Shown: one piece after another, positions 37,684 to 45,298 of the stretch
Numbering within the stretch: the first letter of the stretch is position 1
Layout: every line of letters begins with the position of its first letter
Assembly: GCA_049325275.1 (NCBI GenBank)
Contig: JBMOLU010000001.1
Location: forward strand, 509,830 to 573,829
DNA: 64,000 bases
Origin: Chloroflexota bacterium
GTDB lineage: Bacteria; Chloroflexota; Anaerolineae; Anaerolineales; UBA4823
Direction of reading: 5' to 3'
The notes under the pieces: model-generated
Seen by the model: only the letters and a program-made list of their open reading frames with translations
Told to the model about the DNA's origin: nothing
Databases searched by the model: none
Program-made: the position numbers and the translations under genes

Positions 37684-40068
37684 TCAACGCAAAATCAGGG
37701 GCAAATAGGTAAACCGGGGCCGCAGGGCATTGCCATAGCCCGTAAAGCTGGTTTGTAGAAGCGTGCTGGCGTTGACGGTGGTCAGGAAGATCATCGGCTC
37801 GGTGGCAAAGCTGCCGTCCACGCCCACTTCGGCGTAGTAGAGGTGGGCGTTCCAACGGTTATCCATCCAGGTCAAGATGGCGCTGCCACCCCGGCCGCGC
37901 GTGATGGAAACGTAGTCGGCGGGGCGCGGGATCAGATCAGGGTTGGTGACCAGCGTTGGGGCAGTCATCGGCGTGAAGCTGGCGCTGTCGAGAATGGCGT
38001 ACGCGATCTGGCCGCGCTCGATATCGGTCCAAGCGAGCATCACCGCGCCGCCCGCAAGCTGGACTACGTCGGCGCGCGTACCGGCGGCGTCGGCCAGGCT
38101 GGTTTGCGCCTTTTGCACCTGCCCACCGCTATCCAGCACGGCGAAGGCAATTGCATAGCTTTTACCAACATCGTCGAAGAGCGTGTAGGCGATGAAAGTG
38201 CGGTTATCGCGCAGTACCGCCAACGCCGGGTAAGAATAGAGCGACTGGTTGGGCGTGCTGGCCGTCAGGGCGGTAGGCCCAAGCACCTGCGTTCCGTCGG
38301 AGGCGTAAACGGCGTACCAGATATTGCTGAGCGTGCCCTGGGCGCTCAGCTTTTCGTCGGACCAGGCCAAAATGAAACGGTTATCCGCGGTGGCAGCGAT
38401 ACGGGGGGAATAGAAGTAAGGCACGTCCAGGGTGTTGGTGGCGCGCCAGCTGGTGTTGCCGGTCACGTTCACCTGCGAACCGGCTACCGGCTGCCCGTTG
38501 GCGAGCAGGCGGGAGAAGTAGATATTGTCGTTGGTCCCCTGCGCCGGATCGAAGATCTCGCGGTACCAGATCGCCCCGATCGTGCCGTCGGGCGTGGCAA
38601 CCATCATCGGCGAGCGGTCTCGGGTGGACACGTCCAGAGCGTTGTTGTCGGTCAGGTAGCTGGACGGGAAGACCAACCCACCACCGGGGTCGAAGAGAGC
38701 GTACTGCACGTTGGTGTGGAGGACGAACTGGCTGCCGACCTGTTTGCTCTGGTTGATTTCCCACGTGAAGGCGTAGTTTTGCCGCAGGAGCGAGAGCGAC
38801 ATATTGCTGCCCGGGAAAGATGAGTCGACGTTGGCGATCACCGTTGCCCGTTCGTCGTAGAGGCCGATATGCAGGCTGTTGTCGGCGTAGGCCTGGGCAA
38901 AAGGCGCCGGCAGGGCGACTTGAATTTGCGACGTGGCCGTCTTGGATGCCTCGTTTTTCGACTGCGCCGTGAATGTGATGGCGCCGTACGAAACGGCGCC
39001 GGCCTGTGCAGCCTGCACGCGCACCGTCAGGGTGAAGGTATCCCCCTGGGCCAGGCTGCCCGTGTCCGGCCGGCCGTCTGCGTCGCTATCACCCAATGCG
39101 GTCGCACCATCTGCCGACCAAAAGCTGGTCGACCAACCGGTTTGCGAGGTGGCCGCTGAAAGGTTGAAAACATCGCTGAGTTTTGCCGGATCGTCACCGG
39201 TGTTGCGTAAAGATACCTGGAAATCGGCCTGTCCGCCGTCGGCAAACTTGCCCTGCAGCAAAGGCAGCGCCTTGAGGCGCGAAGCCTTTTCCGGGCGGGT
39301 AAAGAGGACGGCATCCCCGGCCGCCGGGAGGGCGTTATAGAAGGCCAGCAGGCCGTCCACGCCATCCATGTCTTCCATCCCCACGCTGTTTTCAGCCGCG
39401 TAGCCGGGCGGCAGGGTGAGCGTTTGGTACTGAAAAGCGATATTGCCCGTATCGTACAAGATGACTTCGAAGGTCAGCACAACATCCTCGACGCCGAGAA
39501 TGCCTACCCGGTACCACTCGACGACCGCATAGCCGGCTCCCGCATCCGCATGGTAGTAGACGACCCCGTCGGGGTTATCGTAGCTGGGCCCGAGCGTCAG
39601 GTTCGCCCACAAGGGCGCGATGTAATTGTTGGGAATCGGATTTTGGGGAATGGGGACATTGCTGCGGCTGTTGCTGCCGCCGCCAAAGCTCACCATGCCG
39701 TTCGAGTTGATGTAGATTTCGCGGTAGGTGTTTTCGTAAAAGGGGAAGTCGAAACCCAGGTCGTAAGGCCCCTGAAAGTCGTTGTCGGTGTCGGTAAAAA
39801 CTTGCGTGACGCCGACCTGGCCGTGCAGCTCGCGCCAGTCGTAGGCGGCCGCGCTGCGGGTATAGCCGAAGTGATCGGTCGTGGCGGCCGTCGCTTCATC
39901 GACGGCCGCTATCATCGCCGGCCAGGTACGATCGTCTCGATCGCCGCCCTTTTCAGCGGGCGCAGCCGGGGTAGGCAGAAGGACGCCGGCGTGCACCGGC
40001 TCAGATTGCAAACGCAGGGCGAATGCCCCAAGGATCAAGACCAGGGAAATCAAAAAACGGGTTTTCAT
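37684..40068 (-). CDS. Secreted 794-aa protein of unknown function (signal peptide, NIDO-like N-terminal segment, Ig-like middle, repeat-rich C-terminal half)
   Basis: Signal peptide MKTRFLISLVLILGAFALRLQSEPVHA. FDFPFYENTYREIYINSNGMVSFGG resembles the nidogen-like (NIDO) motif. The C-terminal half has recurring aromatic/Asp patterns (IAWSD, LAWTD, LTWMD) suggesting a beta-propeller. Confidence 0.65.
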   Translation of the reverse strand: MKTRFLISLVLILGAFALRLQSEPVHAGVLLPTPAAPAEKGGDRDDRTWPAMIAAVDEATAATTDHFGYTRSAAAYDWRELHGQVGVTQVFTDTDNDFQGPYDLGFDFPFYENTYREIYINSNGMVSFGGGSNSRSNVPIPQNPIPNNYIAPLWANLTLGPSYDNPDGVVYYHADAGAGYAVVEWYRVGILGVEDVVLTFEVILYDTGNIAFQYQTLTLPPGYAAENSVGMEDMDGVDGLLAFYNALPAAGDAVLFTRPEKASRLKALPLLQGKFADGGQADFQVSLRNTGDDPAKLSDVFNLSAATSQTGWSTSFWSADGATALGDSDADGRPDTGSLAQGDTFTLTVRVQAAQAGAVSYGAITFTAQSKNEASKTATSQIQVALPAPFAQAYADNSLHIGLYDERATVIANVDSSFPGSNMSLSLLRQNYAFTWEINQSKQVGSQFVLHTNVQYALFDPGGGLVFPSSYLTDNNALDVSTRDRSPMMVATPDGTIGAIWYREIFDPAQGTNDNIYFSRLLANGQPVAGSQVNVTGNTSWRATNTLDVPYFYSPRIAATADNRFILAWSDEKLSAQGTLSNIWYAVYASDGTQVLGPTALTASTPNQSLYSYPALAVLRDNRTFIAYTLFDDVGKSYAIAFAVLDSGGQVQKAQTSLADAAGTRADVVQLAGGAVMLAWTDIERGQIAYAILDSASFTPMTAPTLVTNPDLIPRPADYVSITRGRGGSAILTWMDNRWNAHLYYAEVGVDGSFATEPMIFLTTVNASTLLQTSFTGYGNALRPRFTYLPLILR

Positions 40069-40216
40069 GGAAGCCTCCTCAGGTGCTTCTGGGAAAGAAG
40101 GGGAAAGGACAGCGAACAGCGGAATGGCTCTTTCGCCTTCGGCAAGGAACCGGTTTAATTATAGGAGAAAAGAGTTCTGTACAAATTACAGATCGGATAA
40201 GCGCGCCAAGAAGCGA

Positions 40217-40262
40217 CCGGGGCGCCAACCCGCCGACACTGCTCGGCGGGCAAGCGCCCCGG
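40217..40262 (-). terminator. GC-rich two-tier hairpin between the Calx-TadE gene and the 794-aa gene
   Basis: ccggggcgc-caa-cccgccga-cactgc-tcggcggg-caa-gcgccccgg gives 9+8 bp. With no U-tract, it could be a terminator, a processing site or a stabiliser. Confidence 0.4.
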
Positions 40263-40293
40263 TTACAGGCTAGAAACTGGAAACCCGGTGAGG

Positions 40294-42942
40294 TTAGTGT
40301 GTGCGGCTGGTCGAAACCGTGCAGCCGTTGTTGAAGGTTACGGTGACGTAGTCCGAAGCGCTGGTTTGCAGGGGCGATTTCGAGAACAAGAAGCTCAACA
40401 TTTTGACCAGCCCGCTGCCGATGGTGCGGTCGTTGGCAGTTCCTTTCCAGCTGCCGCTCAACGTGGCCGGCGAGTTGCCGACGTCGGTCTGCCAAATCCT
40501 GTTATTGCCCAGATAGACCGTTTTCAAGGTCTGCTCGGTGGGGATGTCGTACCAGGAGATGACGATCGATTCGATTTTTACGGCGATATTGCTCGGGTTC
40601 GACACGGTGATGTCCAACTGCGAGTCGGTGGGGATGGGCATCGTCCCCAGCGACGGGCACAGGTCGTTCTCTTCGATGGTGTAGGTGGCCGTGGCCGTTC
40701 CGAGGGTTGCGTTGACGGCCGAGCTCATGGTAAAGGAGACGGTTTCGTTCGGTTCGCCGTAGATATTGTCGTCGATCACCGTCAGGGTGATCTGGCTCTT
40801 CAAGCTTCCGGCCGGGATGCTGATCATATTGTTCGGCGTGTGGGTGTAATCGACGCCGCTGGTGGCCGTGCCGCCTGCCGTGAAGTGGACGACGACGACG
40901 TTACTCGAGGGATTGGTCAATTCCACGTCCACCAAAACTGTGGCCAACGATTCGGAACCGGATGCCTGGTAGGAAGGGTTGATGTGAATGTTGACCACGG
41001 GCATCGAGTCATCGTCGGCGATCTGCGCCGTGTGTTGGATCAGGTCGCCCAGGGTGGCGTTGGTTGCACCGCTCAGATTGAGAACGACGGTCTCGATATC
41101 GGTTTCGTCCAACGTATCATTGATGAGGGCGATGTCGATATTGGCCGTCAACTCGCCGGCAGGGATGATCACCGAGCTGCCGGGCAGGGTGTAATCCTGG
41201 CCGGCGGTCGCCGTGCTGCGGCCGTCGACGGCAAAAGAAACGGTCACATCCTGGGTCCACAAGTTGCTGAGCTGCACCGCGACCGGCAGGGTGCCGCTGC
41301 TTTCCAACTGCGACGTGCCGGTGGCGGCGGCAAACGAAACCTTGGGTTGCGAGACGCCGTCGGCGATCGTCAGCGTGTGAATCGACGGGCTGCCTTTGGT
41401 AGCGTTGGTGGGTGTGCCCATGGTGAAGATAACCGTCTCACCCGGCTGGCCGTTCGTCGTTTCGATGATGCCGTCATTGACCAGCGTGACCACGATATCG
41501 GCGCTCACCGCGCCCGCAGGAACGACCAACGTGTCGTTCGGCGTCTGCGTAAAGTCGACGCCGCCCGATTCCGCCGAGCCGGTGATGGCGAAGGGCACCG
41601 AGACCGCCCGGCTCGTGGCCGCCGAAAGGTTGACGGTCACATTCACCGTGCCGAGCGCCTCGCCGGCAGTCTGCTCGGCCAGGGCGAAGGAGACCACGGG
41701 CGGGTCGTCGTTGTCGGTGATGGTGATATCCTGGTAGTCGGGCGCGCTGCGGACGGCGTTGACCGGATCGCCGATGTGCAGGGTGAAGGCTTCACTGTCT
41801 TCATCGAGCGTGTCGTCGACGACCTGCACGAAAAGGCTTGCCTCGAGGCTGCCGGCCGGGATCGTCACCGAACCGCTCACCAGGTTATAGTCGACGCCAT
41901 TGGTCGCAGGCGGGCTGCCGTCGGTGACGTAGAAGGGCACGACGACTTCCTTGCCCGAAACGGCCGTCAGGCCGACCGAAGCGCCCAACGTGCCGCCGTT
42001 TTCGTTCCAGGTTTGCTGCTGAGACATAAAGCGCACGTTGGGGCCGGCATCGTCATCGAGGATGATCAGCGTAAAGGGGTTCTTCGACCCCAGGTTTGCA
42101 TTGTCCGGCTTGCTGAGGGTGATCACGATCGTTTCGTCGTTTTCGTCCAGCGAGTCGTTGTTGATCGCAATGTTTACCTGGGCCGATTGCTGGCCGGCCG
42201 GGATGTGAAAGCGGCCTTCGCCGGAACAGTTGTTGTCGCAGGCGATGGAAAAATCGGCCCCATAGGTGGCCGAGCCGGAAACGCTGAAGGGCACGTAGAC
42301 TTCGCTGGAGGAAGGGACGCTGATCGTGACCTGCAAATTCGTATAATTGCCGATCGGTTCGTTGGCCGTAACCGCACCGCCGGTCGTGTCGAGATTGAAT
42401 TCCACAATCGGGTTCCCGCCCCCGGGGGCCGGCGTGCCTTCGATCTCGACGTTGGTCAGGATCGTGCGTACGGTGCTGGAACGCAACGTCATCGTCTGCA
42501 GCAGGCCGCCCAGCGGGACGATCGGCTGGAAGGTGGCCGCCACACCGATCTGGATGCGCATGCCCAGCCTGACAGGTACCGTGGCCGGGCAGGTGGCCGA
42601 AATGACGGGCGTGCCGGGGCCGCTGTCATAGGTGATGGTGATGTTTTCGTCGGTGATAGGGGACAGGATGGCGCCTTTCTTGGCGGCTTCGCGAATGCCG
42701 GCGCAGTCCAGGTAGTGAGGCACCCCGCCGCCCACGTTCCCGGCGGCGGCGCCATAGCGGGCTGCGTTCCGGCTGGCGGTCGTCACCATGCTGTAGGTAG
42801 CCAGCAAGCGCCCGAACTCGACCATGCCGAAAATGATAAAGAGCAGCAGCGGCAGGATGAGGGCGAATTCGGTCAGCGTCTGGGCCTGCTCGGCCGGGTT
42901 CTTCGGGCTTGCTTTTCTCGTGAGGGGGGAGTTTGTGTTCAT
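40294..42942 (-). CDS. Giant TadE-like pseudopilin fused to five Calx-beta domains and a novel C-terminal domain (882 aa)
   Basis: The N-terminus QTLTEFALILPLLLFIIFGMVEFGRLLATYSMVTTASRNAARYGA is a TadE domain. Five repeats of about 100 aa follow the Calx-beta pattern (V.F...V.E..G...V.V.L...V.V.F...GTA..G.DY....V.IPAG......I.I.ND...E..E.F). The last 130 aa or so are unassigned. Confidence 0.8.
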   Translation of the reverse strand: MNTNSPLTRKASPKNPAEQAQTLTEFALILPLLLFIIFGMVEFGRLLATYSMVTTASRNAARYGAAAGNVGGGVPHYLDCAGIREAAKKGAILSPITDENITITYDSGPGTPVISATCPATVPVRLGMRIQIGVAATFQPIVPLGGLLQTMTLRSSTVRTILTNVEIEGTPAPGGGNPIVEFNLDTTGGAVTANEPIGNYTNLQVTISVPSSSEVYVPFSVSGSATYGADFSIACDNNCSGEGRFHIPAGQQSAQVNIAINNDSLDENDETIVITLSKPDNANLGSKNPFTLIILDDDAGPNVRFMSQQQTWNENGGTLGASVGLTAVSGKEVVVPFYVTDGSPPATNGVDYNLVSGSVTIPAGSLEASLFVQVVDDTLDEDSEAFTLHIGDPVNAVRSAPDYQDITITDNDDPPVVSFALAEQTAGEALGTVNVTVNLSAATSRAVSVPFAITGSAESGGVDFTQTPNDTLVVPAGAVSADIVVTLVNDGIIETTNGQPGETVIFTMGTPTNATKGSPSIHTLTIADGVSQPKVSFAAATGTSQLESSGTLPVAVQLSNLWTQDVTVSFAVDGRSTATAGQDYTLPGSSVIIPAGELTANIDIALINDTLDETDIETVVLNLSGATNATLGDLIQHTAQIADDDSMPVVNIHINPSYQASGSESLATVLVDVELTNPSSNVVVVHFTAGGTATSGVDYTHTPNNMISIPAGSLKSQITLTVIDDNIYGEPNETVSFTMSSAVNATLGTATATYTIEENDLCPSLGTMPIPTDSQLDITVSNPSNIAVKIESIVISWYDIPTEQTLKTVYLGNNRIWQTDVGNSPATLSGSWKGTANDRTIGSGLVKMLSFLFSKSPLQTSASDYVTVTFNNGCTVSTSRTH

Positions 42943-42988
42943 CGTTTCACCATAAAAAAGATAACTTCAAGCGGCCATTCACCAGGTA

Positions 42989-43014
42989 GAACGTATTTTT
43001 ATTGCGATTGTTAC
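42989..43014 (-). promoter_or_regulatory. ECF-type promoter candidate upstream of the Calx-TadE gene
   Basis: The minus strand reads GTAAC-aatcgcaataaaaata(16)-CGTTCTAC, 46 nt upstream of ATG 42942. Confidence 0.55.
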
Positions 43015-43115
43015 GTTTTCGGCAAAGAGAAATGCACGCTTTCGCCTTGCAGTTCCGTTAGCGCCGGCCGGGCCTCCGAAACAGCCTCCGGTTTAGCAGG
43101 CTCGACCGGCGGATC

Positions 43116-43153
43116 AAAAATCGGGAGACACAACTTCGTTGTATCTCCCGATT
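43116..43153 (-). terminator. Intrinsic terminator after the anti-sigma gene
   Basis: The minus strand reads aatcgggagatacaac-gaa-gttgtgtctcccgatt followed by TTTTG. Confidence 0.8.
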
Positions 43154-43176
43154 TAGCGTTCTTTCAGCGAGGGGCT

Positions 43177-44304
43177 TTAGTCCTTGTCCTTGTCCTTATC
43201 CTTGTCTTCCTCCGTCGGTTCAGGTGCATCCGTAGGCTTTTCTTCCTTGGTTGGCTTTGGCTCGTCGGTCGGCTTCTCTTCTTTGGTCGGCTTGGACGTG
43301 TTCGTCGGCTTGTCGGTCTTGGTGGCTTTCAACGCCTGGGTCGGTTTAGGCGTGCTGGTCAGCTTGTCGGTCTTGGTGGCCTTCGGTTCCTGAGTCGGTT
43401 TCACGGTGCGGGTGGCCTCCTCGCTGGGCGTCACGGCAGTCGCCGTGCTGCCAACCGCAGGATTCGGCGAGGCCACCGACTGCGTAGGCGGTTTCGCCCG
43501 GGTGGGTTCGAGCGTCTCCAACGTGACGACAATCTCATGCACCGTTTTGCGGTTCCGGTCGTTTGCCGCCACGATCTGCTCGAGCGCCGGGTTAACCCCA
43601 CCGGGCGAGATTTCCATCATCAATGCCAGGCTGGTGCTCTGCTGGTCGAGGCCAGCGGCTACCCAACGCGAAAGGGCCACGCCGCGTTCCGTGTCCACCG
43701 TGGCCACGGCTTCTACCAACTGAATGGCCGCTTGAGTCTGGCGCTCGTAACGGGCAATGGCCCGATCGATATATGCCGTTTCGCCATCCAGCAACATCTG
43801 CTCGATTTCATTGACACGCCGGTCGGCGAACTGCATATACAGGCGTGCATCGCCCTCATCGCTCAACGACGCCACCAACTGCAAGTCTTCGAGAGCAGCT
43901 TTTGCCGGATAGAGCGTTTCCCCCGGCAGTGCGTGTGCAGCGCTGGTCGAAAGGCTCCTGCCCCCCAATACCGCGAGGAAAAAAGTCAAAATCATGAGGC
44001 TGAGCGCGATAGGCACCACAATCGGCCGGTGGCGCGTCCCCAGCAGCCTGTCCCAAAACGCTGCCCGCGCCGGCGCCCGCCTGACTTCACGCACCAAACG
44101 CTGCCGCGAGGCCGCCACGAAGCCCGGCCGCGGGTCCAGGATGGGGGCGCGAGTGCTGAGCCACTGCGCCGCCTCCAAAAGCGGCCGCAGTTCGTCCGCC
44201 ACCTGGGGATAACGTGCCAGCGTGGCATCCAATGCGCCCGGATGCGTTTCCAACTCTTCCAGGCATACCGCTAAAATTTCGTCGAAACTTAACTTCCTGT
44301 TCAT
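43177..44304 (-). CDS. Putative anti-sigma factor: single-pass membrane protein with a helical extracytoplasmic domain (DUF5667-like) and a Lys/Pro/Thr-rich repeat tail
   Basis: ATGA overlap with the sigma gene stop. It has a cytoplasmic N-terminal domain of about 100 aa, the TM segment IVVPIALSLMILTFFLAVLGG, and a C-terminus of KPTxxxKATKTDK and KPTKEEKPTD repeats ending in DKDKDKDKD. Confidence 0.6.
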   Translation of the reverse strand: MNRKLSFDEILAVCLEELETHPGALDATLARYPQVADELRPLLEAAQWLSTRAPILDPRPGFVAASRQRLVREVRRAPARAAFWDRLLGTRHRPIVVPIALSLMILTFFLAVLGGRSLSTSAAHALPGETLYPAKAALEDLQLVASLSDEGDARLYMQFADRRVNEIEQMLLDGETAYIDRAIARYERQTQAAIQLVEAVATVDTERGVALSRWVAAGLDQQSTSLALMMEISPGGVNPALEQIVAANDRNRKTVHEIVVTLETLEPTRAKPPTQSVASPNPAVGSTATAVTPSEEATRTVKPTQEPKATKTDKLTSTPKPTQALKATKTDKPTNTSKPTKEEKPTDEPKPTKEEKPTDAPEPTEEDKDKDKDKD

Positions 44305-44867
44305 TGCTCACTATCCTTGCTGTTTTCCAACAGCTTTCGCAATGCGGCCAACGCCCGGTGCTGCAAAACGCGCACCGCCCCATCCGACTTACCCATCACC
44401 GCGCAAGTTTCTTCTACCGATAATTCACTGATAAAACGCAACGTCAACACGGTGCGGTAATCTTCACTCAACTGTTGCATGGTTTGCCTTAGCTTCTGGC
44501 TCTCCAGTCGTGCGCTGAACGCTTCGCCAGGCCCGGCGCTGTGATCGGGGAGGACGATCTCGTCGATATCATCTTCCTGGACGTTGCGCGTGCGGCGGTA
44601 GAAGTCGATCAGGGCGTTGCGCGCCACGCGCAGCAAAAAGGCAACGAAGGGAACTCCTTGCTCGCGGAATTTGGGCAGCGAGCGCCAGGCACGTAAAAAC
44701 ACATCTCCGGTGATATCCTCCGCGTCCAGGCGGTTGCTGAGATGCGAGTACAAGAAACGGAAAACTGCCTGGGCATGACGTTCATAAAGCTCACCAAATG
44801 CTTCGGCATTGCCGTCTTGCGCTCTGTAGAGCAGTTCGGCGTCAGATGCGTCTTTCCAGTGGAGCAT
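44301..44867 (-). CDS. ECF (group IV) RNA polymerase sigma factor
   Basis: Region 2 is FGELYERHAQAVFRFLYSHL...AEDITGDVFLRAW. Region 4 is LSEDYRTVLTLRFISELSVEETCAVMGKSDGAVRVLQHRALAALRK. I placed the start at ATG 44867; a GTG at 44870 is also possible. Confidence 0.85.
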   Translation of the reverse strand: MLHWKDASDAELLYRAQDGNAEAFGELYERHAQAVFRFLYSHLSNRLDAEDITGDVFLRAWRSLPKFREQGVPFVAFLLRVARNALIDFYRRTRNVQEDDIDEIVLPDHSAGPGEAFSARLESQKLRQTMQQLSEDYRTVLTLRFISELSVEETCAVMGKSDGAVRVLQHRALAALRKLLENSKDSEQ

Positions 44868-44884
44868 CACGTCTTCATCCTGTA

Positions 44885-44910
44885 AAACGAAAGTGGTTGC
44901 ATTTTGTTAC
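44885..44910 (-). promoter_or_regulatory. ECF-type promoter candidate upstream of the sigma gene (autoregulatory)
   Basis: The minus strand reads GTAAC-aaaatgcaaccacttt(16)-CGTTTTAC, 17 nt upstream of ATG 44867. Confidence 0.55.
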
Positions 44911-45298
44911 AGTGGCAAGGCATTTTACCCGGTTTCCCGGCCCAGCTTGCCGATTTGTTTGTATCAACTGGTCTCTTTCCCATTGAAACCGGCAGGATCA
45001 CCGGTATTGTACATTGTAAACGCACTTGGGATATTTGCACAAATTCACCTTTCACTTTGGTAAGCTTCTCAAAAACAGTAACTCGCAGCGTTTGCAAATT
45101 ATTGCCTTATAATGAAAATCATGAAGAAAGTGTGAAATACCTCTGAGCAGCAGGGTACATCGCCTCTCAATCATCCAGCGAAACAGACTTTTGAAGTCTC
45201 ACCCGCTGTTTCGAGAAGTTACGAGCACCCCACCTTACGAGAGGAGCGTGAACAAGCATGAACGATAACAAGAAGAAAGCAACACCGGAGACGGCCAC

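Noticed and set aside
40158-40184. Sigma-70 promoter for the 794-aa gene (minus strand TTGTAC-N15-TATAAT).
   Set aside because: The -10 is perfect, but the spacer is only 15 nt and the -35 is weak. I did not list it as a feature. Co-transcription with the Calx-TadE gene is equally plausible.
43180-43400. Short tandem DNA repeats (ccttgtccttgtcc..., repeated ggcttctcttc/ggtcggctt units) that look array-like.
   Set aside because: They lie inside the anti-sigma ORF and encode the KPT/DK low-complexity tail. There is no spacer-repeat periodicity of 28-37 nt, so this is not a CRISPR array.
40288-44274. Very long plus-strand ORF (1328 aa) antisense to the Calx-TadE and anti-sigma genes. Similar long antisense ORFs occur at 9801-11105, 7455-8435, 3817-4980, 20990-21979, 29560-30978 and 58705-59763.
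   Set aside because: Their translations are low-complexity and rich in Arg, Gly and Ala with no recognisable motifs. The opposite-strand ORFs carry clear domain signatures. These are typical shadow ORFs of a high-GC genome.
45081-45110. Plus-strand TTGCAA...TATAAT upstream of the GT-C gene as a promoter, and GTAAC...CGTTT at 45083-45098 as a fourth ECF site.
   Set aside because: The TTGCAA-to-TATAAT spacing is only 10 nt. The GTAAC-to-CGTTT spacing is 6 nt rather than 16. Neither fits a functional promoter geometry.
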